Assembly (NCBI GenBank): GCA_036172245.1
Contig: JAYWIR010000088.1
Location: 124,001-188,000 of the forward strand
DNA length: 64,000 bases
Direction: 5' to 3'
Source: Raillietiella orientalis
Taxonomy: Eukaryota
Below, in pieces: positions 31,501-44,569 of the stretch (the stretch's first letter is position 1; every line of letters starts with the position of its first letter). The position numbers and the translations under genes were made by a program. The notes under the pieces are model-generated. The model ran no database searches, was not told the DNA's origin, and worked only from the letters and a program-made list of their open reading frames with translations.

Positions 31501-32079
31501 TCCAGGCATGGCTAGGCTTCGCGCCTGCGGGTCGTGGGGGCAGACAGCAGAGCCCAAAGACCGAAGACCCAGGCGGAGGTCGCCATCAATGACGGAACAG
31601 TGGCTGGAAATGACAGCTGGAAGCAGAATCTGGTAATTCTGCAGCACTGATGCTGCAAGAGATGGGAGAGCCCTGAAATGATCTCTGGATCCGTCTCGGC
31701 ACATGCCTTCGGAAATCTGCGAACGTCTGCCTCGAAATCCCCCGAAGCGTCCTGTCGGTGAGGAGGCGATGAAGCGCAGTGGGATCCCTGATTCCCGTCA
31801 AGATGGCTGCCTGCCTCCTGGATCGCGTGCGCGGGCGCTCCTCTTTGTTTCCCGAACCACACGGAATTCCCGTTTTCGCTTCTGCCTTCCTTGTTTTGTC
31901 TGCAAGGTGAACAGCTTGGAGGGTGCTAATAAAATGAAAGGGGTGTCTCGCCCATCTCCCACTCTTCCTTGCACGTGTTGATACGTTGAATTTTCTTTTT
32001 TGTTTTTTCTATTTTTTTTGCTTTTTAACCCCCCTGTCCCCCCCCTATTATTTTTTGACACAGCCATTTTTTTTTTGAA

Positions 32080-32500
32080 GGAATTCGATACTCAGATATC
32101 CATTGAATATGTACATACACTATTGAATGCAATGAACGCATATATTTATTCTTATAATTTCAGTAATACAATGAACAACTCATTAATTATGCTACTAAAT
32201 CTGTGTGTCGGTATATTATTACCATCTATAATGTATGTTAACAGCTAATAATAAGCATATATGTAAAAAAAAATTTGTATATCAATCTACTTACGAATGT
32301 ATTTTATTATATTTGATAAGCACGTAGTTTTTATAATCTTTCATACCATGAATTAATGAAATGCATGTTAATACGTATACACGTTTAAATAAGATTACTG
32401 TGAAACATATGTATGTTAATAAATATGAATAACTATGTATATAAAAATAAATTTGTACATTCATTTGTGTAGTAGAAGCATGAATATTTATTTCATGATC
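32080..32500. repeat. Very AT-rich low-complexity tract containing the duplication end point
   Basis: Abrupt A/T-rich stretch; its first part is shared with 21120-21310. Confidence 0.6.
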
Positions 32501-32529
32501 GTTCGGGCTTTCGATCCCGATCTCACTAC

Positions 32530-33970
32530 GACAACGAAAGGATGAGAAGTGATGTTACGGGAGATGAACATCCTGGACCACTCCCGCTCGAAGTTCTTGG
32601 ATCTGTGCGAGAGGCGATGCATCTTAGCAACTGTAAAGAGATGAGGATCAGGAGAAGGGCATCTCCACGGATGTCTTCCGCATCGCGTACGGCGGCCGAG
32701 TCATCCACACGTCCAGAAGAATGGTGGATCCTTCCGGAAGGCATCGCACTTCCCGCTTGCGGCGGCGACGAGGTCTGCGTCTGGAGGAGGAGGTCATCCC
32801 GCGTTACCTTCACAGGAGGCTGGACCAACGGCAGCAAGGTCGACTCAACGGGGCCATCTCCGCAGAGGGGGTCAAGGCTGCTGCCACGCCGGAGGAGACA
32901 TGACTAAGGTCGTCCCGTGGCAACCAAGCTCGATCCTCGACTCGGACGCCAAGCGGATGGCGAAGGTCCGGGCTCGCTTGAGCACGGCCATGCCAGTGGT
33001 CGTCTCTCCAGCACAGACACGCGTGGCCCTCGGATGCCGCACTTCTGGCAATGCAAAGTACTGCCAGGGGCCAGCATCCGTTATAGCCGGCATGTTGGTG
33101 AAAACCCGGTTCCGTGGATACGGAGGACACGTTCGATGGACCAAGGGATGCAGCTGAGGAACCTCGACTTCCCAAGGCGCTTCAGCCATGACATGGACTT
33201 CGAGGGCAGCACTTCAACATCCACATCGAAGAAGAGAGCACAGACGCAACTCGGATGGAGAGGTGCGTACGCCAAGGCAACATCCGCGGTCTGATGCTGC
33301 TTTCCCTCTACATGGAGGCTGCGTCAGCACTGCCTGACCGTAGAGAACTCCTCCGCATCGGGTGATCAACCGACTCACCTGGCGCATGCGGAACATCTTC
33401 TGTTTTTCCTGAATCACGAGAGGGATCAGCACGCGTTCCTGCAAGCAGTCCGGTCTACGAAAAGAAGAAAAAGGACTGAGGTCAGAGACAAACGCTCAAA
33501 AGTCGCAGACTTTGCCCATTGGAATCTTAGACCACTTTGCATCATGGGAGAAGGATTCCCTTTCTCCGATGTTGCAAAGAAGCATCGACGGCAACGGCCT
33601 GTGGCAGCTGTCACAAAAAAATGCCACTCATCCGTTGGTGTGGAAAAAGAGCACCGGACGACTCACCCACCCTCGAGACACGAGAAGCTGCGTGGACTTA
33701 TCAGGGCAACCTCGTGCGCCTCCGGGAATGGCGAAGAAGGATCTCCGGGAATTCGTTTCCGGGAACAAGAAAGTCCTCTCCAAGAATTCCAGCCGTTTAA
33801 GAATCCGCGAGTGGTTGGACCGACAGTCCGAAGGAGCGACCTGCCCATCGGAATTCCTCCTCGCGTCTTCCCGCCGAGGAAGGATCCCGAGAGGATCCAC
33901 CAGTGGACGGGAGGCAGTCCGGATGGGCTGTGCAAGGCGCGCAAGGCCAAGGAAACCCGCGTTAACGCAT
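32530..33970 (+). mobile_element. Internally deleted L1/Tx1-type LINE ORF2 (RT to zinc-finger region)
   Basis: LNGAISAEGVKAAA (RT domain 0), WQPSSILDSDAKRMAKVRARLSTAMPVVVSPAQT (WRPISLLN.DYK..AK..RL..I.PDQ motif), RMERCVRQGNIRGLMLLSLYME (RGVRQG..LF.LYME), then RIHQWTGGSPDGLCKARKAKETR shared with the 15/40-kb family. Confidence 0.8.
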
Positions 33971-35608
33971 AAACGTTATCAGTGATTAATCACCGATGTT
34001 AAACAGGAGGTCAAATTTCGATAGACCAGTGAAGCAAAGGACTTTCGCCCTGATTAGAAGGTGAAAGAGCAGGTTTGACCTGCGAAATCCTAATGCATGG
34101 TTGCTGAAAGACGGGAACACCGAAGAAATGCCTTCCTGAGTCACACGGAAAAAGCTGAAGCTGCTATGGAGACAAGAGCGACGTGCACCAAAGAACTGAG
34201 ATGGCAATTCCATGCCGCGCTGCCTCGGCCAAATATTCTGGCAGCACTGCTGTGTCGGAAAACTGAAGAACTTGGGGTATTGGGAATGTGAACGACATCG
34301 ACCCCACTGGTTTCCATCCAAACTAATTTTGAAGGGGGCTGTCAAAATACAGGAGGAAACTCTGCTTGACGTTACCCTCCTGTGACAGACGTCTTAACAT
34401 CCTGTGTTTCGGACCCCGAAGACATGAAGCACAGCTGATTCACCTGCTGGGATGCTACGATAAACATGTCCGCTCGAATCTTTTCCCTTCTTTCGGTTAC
34501 CTGGATGCATTCAGCGTTGCCCTTCGCGAGAATCTCGGCGTCTTCTTCGAGCCCTGGGTGCGTTACCCACCTCACAGTCGTTTTGGGGGACTCACGGTGA
34601 GGAATGCCCCATCCACCCCTGACTGGCGGCTACTGTCTCTTTGCCACGCAACTGCCCTAGTTCCAAGGAGTTTCATCTCACTCCGCCGCTACCGGGGTGA
34701 GGATTTTTTCGCATTCCCAAGAAGCCTCTGGACTTCTTCCCAATCGCGTGCCACACGTGGCTGACCAGTTCAAACCCTTTCTGTGATTTTTCGTTCGGTG
34801 GAAGCGGTTTCGTAGTTGCCATTCGCAAGGGTGTTTCAGGTTCCCACGACGACAGCCTTTCCAGGCGCTGACCTTCAGACGCGACACGCGACTTGCCACG
34901 CAATTTGGGTTTGCGGCCATTCCCAACCACTATTCTGGGTCGTGGGGGTAGCGGAAGGTCGACGGCTGCGTTGACGCGGCTTTCCTTTCACAGTCCATAA
35001 AAAAGGCGGTTGCGGCGAGCAGCGCTGTGGCCGGTACCACCTCTCCAGGAAGTTTCACAAGAGATCGGTGAGTGCTCTTGGGAGGGCAAATGCTGGTGCC
35101 CCTTTCGGTCTGCCTGTTGCCTCAGAAGTAGCTCCTACTCCCAGCGTGCCGTCCCCCCGCTGGGAAGAGAGAGAGTCCGCGCGCGCTGCCTCGCTGCGAT
35201 GAATCGCTTCCGTTTGCCGCCATCCACGTCCGGTCGCGAGGCGCTGGGTTCTTCCGGGACGCGTTCTTCCTTGCGTCGTCGTCGGAATGCCGCTTTCCCT
35301 GTCGCGGCAGCGAGTAGCCTGCTCGAGGACTTGATCTGTCCCGAGGGAAGTTCCAGGAGTGTCTCCCGCGTCCACTGTCGCGGATCGCCTCCGAAACCTT
35401 CCGAGAGCTGCGCGGAGGGATGACCAGGAGAAGTTTCACGGTTCGGGGTTACGCGTGATCCTGAGGTGATCAGACTGCCCCTATTGCAGACGATCTCCTG
35501 AGGGGCCTTTGCTGGGGGTGTCGGCAGCACCAGTGGAGCACTGCCCGTTTCTTTTTTTTTTACAAGGTCCACACCTGCAGAGGGTGTTCTCAACATCCGC
35601 TCTTCCCG

Positions 35609-38600
35609 ATGAAAAAATGCAGCGTGTGCAGCGAGGAGTCCAAATTTTGCTGTAGCTCCTGCAAGAATGTTTGGTACTGCTGCAAAGAGCACCAGCGTTC
35701 CGACTGGAAGAAGCACAAGAAAGACTGCATCACGTTCCGAGTAGAGCTGAACGAGGCAGAAGGCCGCTATCTGGTCGCCTCCCGCAACCTGAAGGCGGGC
35801 AGCCTGGTGCTGATAGACGAGCCGCTCATTATATGGCGGCCTTCCGGGTCAGCTTACTGCCTGGGGTGCATGCTAGCAATCCCAGTCGTGAGCCACCGCT
35901 GCAGAAGCTGTGGCTGGCCGCTTTGCAGTCCCGGCTGCGAGTCCAGTGCCCTCCATCAGCCCGAGTGCCAGCTGTTCGTCAGCCACGGCGTGCGGAATTT
36001 GGACTCGTTCACTCTGGAGGACTACTGGATGATCTCTCTGCTGCGCGCCCTGGCGCTGAAGCAGCAGGATCCTGACAAGTGGGAACTGTTCCTGGCCACA
36101 AGGAAGTCCCTGCAAGTGACGGAGGAGTTTTTCGATTCCTGGAAGCGCAAACTCCGAAGGTTCTATTCGTTCTTCCCCGAGCACGAGTTTCCCGAAGAGG
36201 TCGTCTTCACGATCTGGCTCATCCAGCACTTCAGCAGCATCGAGTGCGCCCCCGTCCTGGATCGCGGCGCGTTGATGAAGTGCGTTTTCTCGTACGGGTC
36301 CCTCTTCGAGCACAGCTGCTTCCCGAACTGCGAGTTCTACATCCAGGACTACAACAGGACCCACTTCCTCTGTGTGACCGACGTGAAGCGCAATGAACAC
36401 CTGCACATCAGCTACGTCAACATTCTGCTGCCGACCAGGCACCGCCGGAAGCATCTTCTGGTCTTCAAGGGCCTCATTTGCCAATGCAGGCGCTGCCAGG
36501 ATCCGACGGAGTTGGGCTCCCACATGGGGTCCATCAGGTGCATCAAGTGCACGTCGGGGTACCTGATGCCTACGAACTGTTCGTCGATGGACACCGATTA
36601 CAAGTGCGGGAAGTGCAGGGCGTTCTCCAAGGAGTCCTACGTGGAAGAGGTTGACGAGTCTTTGGGCAAATCGCTCAAGAAACTCAACCAGGTAATCTTC
36701 CTGGGCGGGCGGGGAGCTTCTGCCGACATCATCATCTGGCGATCGCTGCAGCCCAGCGGTCCCCAAGAAGTCCGCCAAATGTTCCTGGAAAACAAGATCG
36801 GCAATCTGAGGGAATTTATCCGGATCGCCTCCGCCTACGTCCACCCTCATCACTACCTGATCCTGCAGTCGCTGCTCTACATGGAGTCCTTGTGCTTCTC
36901 GCTGATAGACTTCCGCCTGCTGAGAACCGACGAACTGGCCGAGGTGTCCAAGGCCTGCGCGACACTGATAGAGATTGGGCGGATGATCCAGCCAGGTACA
37001 CAGGGAGCTCTTCGCGCCCCAATTGACACACGTCCGTACGCACCCACACGCCGCCGCCGCCTGACGGCAGGAAAGGTGTTGGCGGCCGCTCTTCCCGGCA
37101 GCGTGGCGGAAAGGTGGTCAGCCGGGATGGGCTGCTTCGACTCCTCGCTGCTCGCCGAACGGGCGCTTGAAGACGCGCTCAGGGTGGGAGCTGGACCGTG
37201 AACGGCGCCTTCGCAAAACGCGATCCTCCACGGAAACCTTCCGCGCCCGCGTGGCACCGAGAGCTGCGGGTTCGAATCCCTTCCCCACAACATGACGCTA
37301 GTTGACCTGGAGACTTCCGGTGCTGCACCGATGGAAGTCGGAAACCCCCGCATGCCCCCGTTGACTGGCTCTACGGAGTCCTTCCAGAAACCACGGATTG
37401 CCCTCCAGAAGTGCATCGCGCACTGTGGAGCTGGCTGGATATCCCCCTTGGGGGGGGGGGGGGGGTCACCCCTTCAAAGTGTTAAGAAGCGCGCTGCTCC
37501 GTAAGGGGTTCTCTCCAAAGGGTAAACTATGGGTGGTTTCCTTACAGGTTCTCTCCGGAGAAGGAATTCGGGAGCATAACCCTCCCAGGTGGTCCCTCAG
37601 GAGAGGATGCGGAGAAGAGGTTTCCTTCACGGTTCCCCCCCGAGAGTAAGAGGAAGGAACTCCTTCCTCCGGCACCTTCCTGGATTCGTTAGACACCACC
37701 CCTAACCTTAGGGTGGGTGGCTCGGACAGTGTTAAAGGGTTTTGTCTTCCCCTCCCCCCCTTCCCGAGGAGACTAGCGGTTCTTCAGCACTCCTTGAAAA
37801 CTCTTTGAAAACCAAAACTCCTTGAAACAAGGACCATCTCCTCTAAAGCCACCCTCCGCATTACCCCGAGCTGCCGCCTTTCTGCCTTAAAGCGATTCTT
37901 CGGATCCGCTGACTTTCGCGCGTCCGAGCGTGCCCCATAGGTTCCCACGAAAATTTTTGCTTTCTCCTGCCCTGCCGACATCTTCCCTGACCCTGCCCGC
38001 AGCCGTCCGTACTCGCGGATACCACCTTGACTTTCCCACAGATTTTTGTTTCGTTTTCCTCTTTTCTCTCCGACAGGAGTCGATCGGTACGGCCTCATTT
38101 TGGAACTGAAGCAGAGCCTCTACGAAAGCATGCGGCTGATCCTGCTGCAGAGGGAAGAAACGCAGTCCGTCAGCTCTCTCGGCACTCAGGTGATGAGATC
38201 AAAAGCCCAGGGGGGCGAGCGGTGGGTTGGATGGGGGGGAGGAACCATCGACACCCTAAAGGGGAAGACCCCCCTCAGAGTGGTCAAGCTTGGAGCGCTC
38301 CTCCCCGGGAGCGGTCCCGCATCTGCCCGAATCCCCTTGAAACGCGTTCCGCTTCCGGGAGCGCGTCCCGGAGCTCCTGGAGTGGACGCTAGCCCTGACG
38401 CATAAAGAGGCGAGACCGTCTGCCACCTCCGAAGGCGTGGCGGACGCGTTCGAGGCATCCCTTCCTCCTTCTGCGGCGGAACGCACCCCAGCGCTAGAGG
38501 TCAGCGCGACTCTTCCGCCGAGGTCGCCATGGGTGGCCGTCTTGCAGCCTCGCGCGAGAGCATGGGAGTTCCACGCGGTGGGGCGCCTGTTTCTCTAAAT

Positions 38601-39941
38601 GGGCGCCCCACCACGTGCCATCTTCGGAGCGGTCTCCCACGGAGGAAGAGAGGGGGAACCCTGGAACGCCTGCCGGTTCAGCATCCGCAGCCTCGAAAGC
38701 TCACTGCTGAATCGTACTGCAGATGGCAGCAGAGAGTGGCGGAAAGGTGGTCTGCCGGGAGGAGCTCGTTCGATGCCTCGAGAACTGAAAACTTGAAAAA
38801 GATGCGCGGAGAGCGCTGGACCACGAACTTTGCAAAACGCGATAATCTGTGGGCGCCTTCCGCGGACGCGTTGGCCGGTCGCGCAGCTGCGGCCTCTGCG
38901 TGAGGCATCGGATGTCGCGGGTTCGAGTCCCGCCCGGGGAAGGAATAACGCCGAGAAATAAGGGTGGGTGCATCGTGGGTTTCGAGTCCCTTTCCACCCC
39001 TTCGCAGGGTGAAGCTGGCCGGCCCGTTTGGGTGCGATACTGATGGAAGCCGGATGTTCCAGTTGACTGACCGGGACTGGAAGTTGACCCTCCGGGGTTC
39101 CTTCCAGGAATCAAGGAGCCCTTCGGGGTTCCCCTTCGGTTGGGGGAATGAGGTCCTTCCAGTCCCTCTCGGAGGATGACCCTCCATCACATTCTCCACC
39201 ACGGAGCTGGTGGATGGATGCCACTTCTCCAGCGTGCAAGAAGCGTGCAGTTCCCTTTGGGGAGCACCCTTCAGAGAAATGGTAAGCGTCCCTTCGGAAA
39301 CAACCAGAGCGAGGATTACCTCCCAAGCGCGAGAGGAACGCACTCTCTCTCCAGACTTCTCCTTTAAGTCTTTCTCCAGAGACTTCCTGGATTCATGAGG
39401 CGGTCCCTCCGGGGTTGCCCCCCCTAATCCAGGGGTGCATGTGACTCTTCAAGAGTCACACGCACCCCTGGGTGGAGCGAACCGTGGAGAGGCTTCGTGA
39501 CCTACCTCTGAGGAGACAAGCGGTTCTTGAGCACTCCTCGAAAACCCAAAAACAAGGACCTCCCCCTAAAAAAAAAATCTGGAAGGAAAACGGGGAGAAC
39601 AGACGCGCTCCTTCCTCCTCTGCAGCTGCCCCCCGCATTACCCCAAGCTGCTACCTTTCTTCCCCTAAGCGAGTCTTGCCTCTGGGTCAAGGGACCCGGA
39701 GACAAAACTCCGGTAAAGAATCTCCGGAGATTCCGACGAAGGTTTGCGTTTTATCCGAAAGATGGAGCTGCTGTCGTTCCAGATGGCAATGCGTCAAGCA
39801 CAGCTGCAGTGGCTCAAAAACCTAATCACTCTGCAAACGAAGAACAACATCTTCAGCACCCGGGAGGTGGAGCAGATAGAAAGGAATATCCAGCTGTTGA
39901 CCGAACAAGAGGACCTCAACCCAGATGACTCTGCACAGTGA
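35609..39941 (+). CDS. SET and MYND domain protein, arthropod SmydA/msta type (~540 aa). Exons 35609-36691, 36752-36995, 38077-38189, 39762-39941
   Basis: N-terminal zf-MYND (CSVC..CSSC..YCCKEHQRSDWKKHKKDC), GRYLVASRNLKAG..EP, a second Cys-rich finger, EHSCFPN, EHLHISY and post-SET CQCRRCQDPTELGS. Exon phases 0/1/0 join cleanly; AATAAA at 39978. Confidence 0.9.
37095..37960 (+). mobile_element. SINE-like family A copy in SmydA intron 2
   Basis: A-box-like TGGCGGAAAGG, B-boxes CTTCGACTCC and GGTTCGAATCCC (37269-37280); colinear with 38725-39745. Confidence 0.6.
38725..39745 (+). mobile_element. SINE-like family A copy in SmydA intron 3, with a pseudo-tRNA cloverleaf
   Basis: Three B-box-like motifs; perfect T-arm GCGGG-TTCGAGT-CCCGC (38917-38933); acceptor-like stem 38857-38865/38934-38942. 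Confidence 0.6.
39429..39471. repeat. 43-bp near-perfect palindrome
   Basis: CCAGGGGTGCATGTGACTCTT-C-AAGAGTCACACGCACCCCTGG: 21-bp arms with one mismatch. Confidence 0.9.
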
Positions 39942-40489
39942 CCTTCATCCCGTCTAGCAACTGCCTCATCCTTCCGCAATAAAACACGCACGTTACCAAG
40001 GCAAAAGGGCTCACCCCTTCCGAGTGCCTGTCGCCTTGCAGCTCACCTGCCCGGAGTTCCTCGATAGCGTCTGGGGCGGAGACATCCTGTAGGCCTCTAC
40101 GAGCGCATGCGCCGCAGCGTCGAAAACCGCCTCCAGAACCGCCAGATTCTCGACGCACAGCCAGCAGCTTCGAGCGTCTTGTTCCCCAAGGCGAGTGGCG
40201 GAAACCCACATGCCTTGCACCCGCGCTCGAGGTCCTGCCGGCGCCCCACCAGTCGCCACCGTTCGCACAGATCGGGCGAACGAGTGCGGCGCATCCAATG
40301 CCGCGGGCGTGCCTGCTCTATGGACAGGTTGTCATTGGCAAGAAGGATCGCGTCAGGATCTCATAACCCGGAAGTGGCGGGACATTTCCCGTTCGTAAAA
40401 AGAAATAGCAGGATTCCACGTCCTGCCACTTTCGGTCACCAGGGAATACGCCGAAGAGACAATAGTTTTCTCCAGGTCCAGTCAGCGGA

Positions 40490-43400
40490 GGAGTGAGTTT
40501 ATTCGGTACACATAACTTGTACACGAATGTACAACACGCACACACTTGGCCAACTATTCCGAAGCAGCATCGATGGCAATACCACGCGGCGGCACTTTTT
40601 CGGGATTTCGTCCCTAGGGCCAAGGAACAATCTTTTTCTGAGATGCAGCCGCACGTCCTAATACCGGGATCGGCCGGATTCCTGAGGTCCATCTCCCTTC
40701 GGTTGAGTCCTCTCAAGATGGTCTATGGAAGGACATGGCCCTTTTCCTTGCCTTTACCTTCCGATAGCCACATTAAGCTTGTGACGAAGAGGGCGACGGC
40801 TACTCTCGCAGCGGCATCATAGAAGCCAGGAGGGTCGTCGGCGTTGTCCCCTTCGAACGATCCCACCGGCATTTCCCATCCTTGTGCCTCTGCTTCTTCA
40901 GCTCTCCCAGGCCGTAGAGCATCATGGGGCAGGGGAGCACGTGGAGCCGGATTTCCTTGGCCCTGTGCACCGTGTACAGCTCGTTCGGACTGTCTCCCGT
41001 CCACTGATGGATCCTCGATCTACTCGGGATTCTTCCTCGGCGGGAAGACGCGAGGAGGAATTCCGATGGGCAGGTCGCTCCTCCGGACTGTCAGTCCAAC
41101 CGCTCGCGGATTCGTAAACGGCCGGAATCCGTGGTGAGAACTTCCTTATTCCTGGAAACGGATTCCCGGAGATCCTTCCCCGCCATTCCCGGAGCCGCAC
41201 GAGGTTTCCCTGATTCGTCCACGCAGCTTCTCGTGTCTCGTGGGTGGGTGAGACGTCCGGTGCTCTTTTCCCACACGATCGGGTGAGTCGCATTTTCCTT
41301 GGCACCCACAGTCGCCAACGCTCACATTCCCGGATGATCTACCGGAACCTTTGGTATATTCGTAGTTGCCCAGGAGGGAAGGAAGCCAGGACTCACCAAG
41401 GCTGGTCCTTCGCTCCAGATTTCTCCGCTGCTAGGCGCTCGATTTCAAACTGGCGGGTCCTTACCGGTGCCTGCTGCCTCCTCCGGCTGCGGTCGACGCG
41501 TACGCATGAACCGCCTGGGGCTAACATCAGGCCATTAGACTTCCAGCTTCGAGTAAGCTCTGCACCCCGCGAATGGCCACCTCTGCCGGCCCTCGGTGGG
41601 TTCCAGGAGTTGCCCGCTGCGCGTCCATGCAGTTCGCACGGAATGTCCCAATGGCTCCGTCCCGGTTCCTCCGCCTTCTCGCGGAAGGCTTAAAAGTTGG
41701 AGCTTCGCCCTGGACTTAAATTCTCTTCAGAAAATCTCCCTCCGTTCCACTTCTAGAGCGGTCGGTCCCGTCCATTGGGCGGAAAGCCGTTCCGCGGGAC
41801 ACCCAGGGAAGGAGTTCCCCGCTGCACAAGAAGTTCCTCCTCCTCCTTCCAAGTCTCCGCAGGTGTATTCTCTGATCTTCCTCGGAACAATTTCCTCCCA
41901 AAAGATCTGCGAAGCCGGGGCTTTGCTACGTGGGTTTTCAGGTCCCTACGTGGTCGAGAGCTCGACATCGTTCCTTCTTCGATAATGCAAAGAGGTCCAG
42001 AGTTCTGACGCATCCAAGTCGTTCCACGGTGATCTTAAGAGCTTTTGGTTGTCTTCTTCCTCCAGCTTCCATGCGCTTTCACGTACTAAAATTTGCAGTG
42101 TGAATACTGAGCCAAACTCCAGGCAAAGGGAAGCCAGCAGTAGCTGAGCATCCTCTGACTGTCAGCGTGGCCAAGTGGCGCGTGTGGAAGATACCTGAGG
42201 AACCGCATGGCGTTGTTCTCCAAGACCGGCGTTGCGGTTGCCGTCTTAACAAGATGCCTTGCCAAGGCGGTGTCCATCTTGCAAATTTTGAAGGAGCGCG
42301 TGCGAGGCTTCTCTTGGATCGAAATCCTCCCGTGTGCGAGACAAGATCGCATGGACTGCTTCTCGAGACGGGCCACTGTCTCTGTCGACGTGCAAGAATG
42401 CAAGATCGGCTGCAGACTCCATGGTTCAGCGAAAATTGAAGAATCGAGTGGCAAGGAACTTCGGTTGGCATTTCCGAATCCGAACCTGCGTTGAACCAAC
42501 TCCACCTAACGGTTTATTCCTGTCATCTCTGCGTCTTCCCGGTGACGGGAATGACGTGGCTGACCTGGAAAGAGATTCAAAGAGCTTGATCCGGCAAGTA
42601 ACCGCGTCTCTTGTGTCCTACCGGAAAGCGTGCAGCGACCTCTTCGCATGGATCTCTTCGGCGGATGGATCCACGAGGCATTCATTTTCACCTCTTTCTC
42701 GAAGAGTGAAACTGCAAACAGGCAACTCAGATTCCTCGTGTTTCAAGGATTCGAGGATAGCGAGCTTCAGGTGCCTTGGAAACCGCAAAGTCCGCTCTAC
42801 CGGAATTCAAATCGGTCATTCCAAGAAAAAAAGAAAAAAATTTGAGCGAAACTCTTGCAAAGACCTTCAGAAGGGCAGGAGACGCCTTTGCTCGCATCGT
42901 GTCGCCTACCTCCAACAGAGCCGTTCGGTGCGCCCTGAAGCCCATTGAACGGCTCTGTCAGTGGCTTCATGGTTCAGCCGATGCACAGAAACTCACTTGG
43001 GGAATCAGCCAACAGCTTTTCCAATGCATAGTCAGAGTCCTCTTCCACATTCGCATTCCTCCTTCCCAGATTCTCTCTCTTTTGTCCGCACAACGTGCAG
43101 CTTTCCGTGTGATCAACCCGTCAGCGCTAACGCAAAAAAAAGGGGAAGGGGTGGGAGAGGAGAGGGAAGGGAGGCTCTGGAAGAGTTCGAAACTGACGGG
43201 TGCAGGGCTTTGCAGGAGACACAACGTAAGGCCCTGGACGAGGATCGTACGAATAACCCTTCGACCGGTTCCCCGACGGCCTGCGGTTTCATGTAGAACA
43301 GGGAAACAAGCACGTTTTTGGCGCCAATCGGAGTTCCTAGTCCAAGGGAGTTGCCCTTCCTGGAAATGCTCGTGTCCTCTTTTCGTGCGTCCTCTTGTGG

Positions 43401-44250
43401 TGCCTCAGCAGATCTCTCGACGGATCTTCCACATCCGCGCTGGCAACGGTTACGGTGACGACGTCGGCAGAAAGTTCCAAGGAAGTGCAGAAACAGAGAA
43501 GAACAGGAGCCAGGAGTGCTAGTGACTTCTCGTTCTCCTTCACGTTTCATCCGGATCCCGCAGAATGCCGAGGTTTCATCCAAAATTCCAATTCCTCTAG
43601 AGGACTCCATTCGGTACCGAGGCCATCTATCCACCTCTCAGTACCGTTTGACTACGCGTGCACACCACAAACACTGGAGGTCCAGGAGGCGGACGTCCAT
43701 TCAAAAGACTCTTTCCACCTGCACGAATCCTTACGCTTCGCTTCCTTCCATGGATTTCCAGGGAATTGGTGGGCACCTGGATCCTCATCATGAGTGATGA
43801 CGCAGCCCTGGCAAGTCCCAATCACAACCTGAGAGCAACCCTTCCTCTGGGGAGCGGAAAGGGGATGGAATAAGTGGTCTTAAACCAGTGCCACCCTCCT
43901 GACCGCAGCATCATGCCCCCTACACGAGAGAAACGACAGTTGTCGACAGGTAGGGTGGGTGACCTCGTAGCAGGAGCGACGAAACAGGAGGGCTAGTTGG
44001 CCGACCTGGCGACTCGCAGTGCCCGCGTTCAAGGACCGCTCCGTTGGGCAGAATGCACCCGGACATTCCGTGATCGCTCCAACTCTCAATCTGGACAGCT
44101 CCGTGTTTCCCCTCGGGTGGCAGCACCAAGACGTTTTCCTGTCAGTGCACTGGGACTTCCCCTGTGACCAGCGTGAGGCATCCCTGGACGAGGGGCAGCG
44201 CCTCCCTTGACTGCGAGAAACTGAACACTTCCATGCACCTGTTGCTTCAA
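40490..44250 (-). mobile_element. Near full-length but decayed L1/Tx1-type LINE (ORF1, APE, RT, zinc finger, poly(A) signal)
   Basis: In order: ORF1-like GEVPVH..KHGAV..SGCILPNG..LRGH..CCGQEG; APE-like MDVRLLDLQ and SSRGIGIL; RT C-terminal RRNFLCSGELLPWVSRGTAFRP; RIPSRSRIHQWTGDSPNELYTVHRAKEIRLHVLPCP (zf-RVT-like); AATAAA on the minus strand at ~40500. Confidence 0.7.
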
Positions 44251-44569
44251 AGCGTGCGTTAGTGCAAGGTGTAGGGAAGGGGACGATAAATAGATACATA
44301 AACGAGGATAGAGGAACAGGAATCACCGGCCACATCAGTTGCACTTTTGATTTCACCCGGTCACGCCGGGATGTCTATTGTAAAAAAGGCAACTGGTAAT
44401 TGTGTATTTCCAAAAAAGCAGTCATATAAAATATAAAAATGCCTTCCTTCGTAGTGGCTTCACATCACCACTGCAAGGGAAAATGTCGCGGGGGTCCTAC
44501 TTCTCATGAACAGCCTTCCCGATGAGGTCCTCACGGAAAGAGTGGGAGAAGGGGTAAACAAAAATAAAA

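Noticed and set aside
35873..36853. 326-aa antisense ORF over SmydA
   Set aside because: Shadow frame of a GC3-rich coding exon.
38857..38942. Functional tRNA gene
   Set aside because: D-arm and spacing are non-canonical, and it is embedded in a dispersed repeat; treated as a pseudo-tRNA/SINE head.
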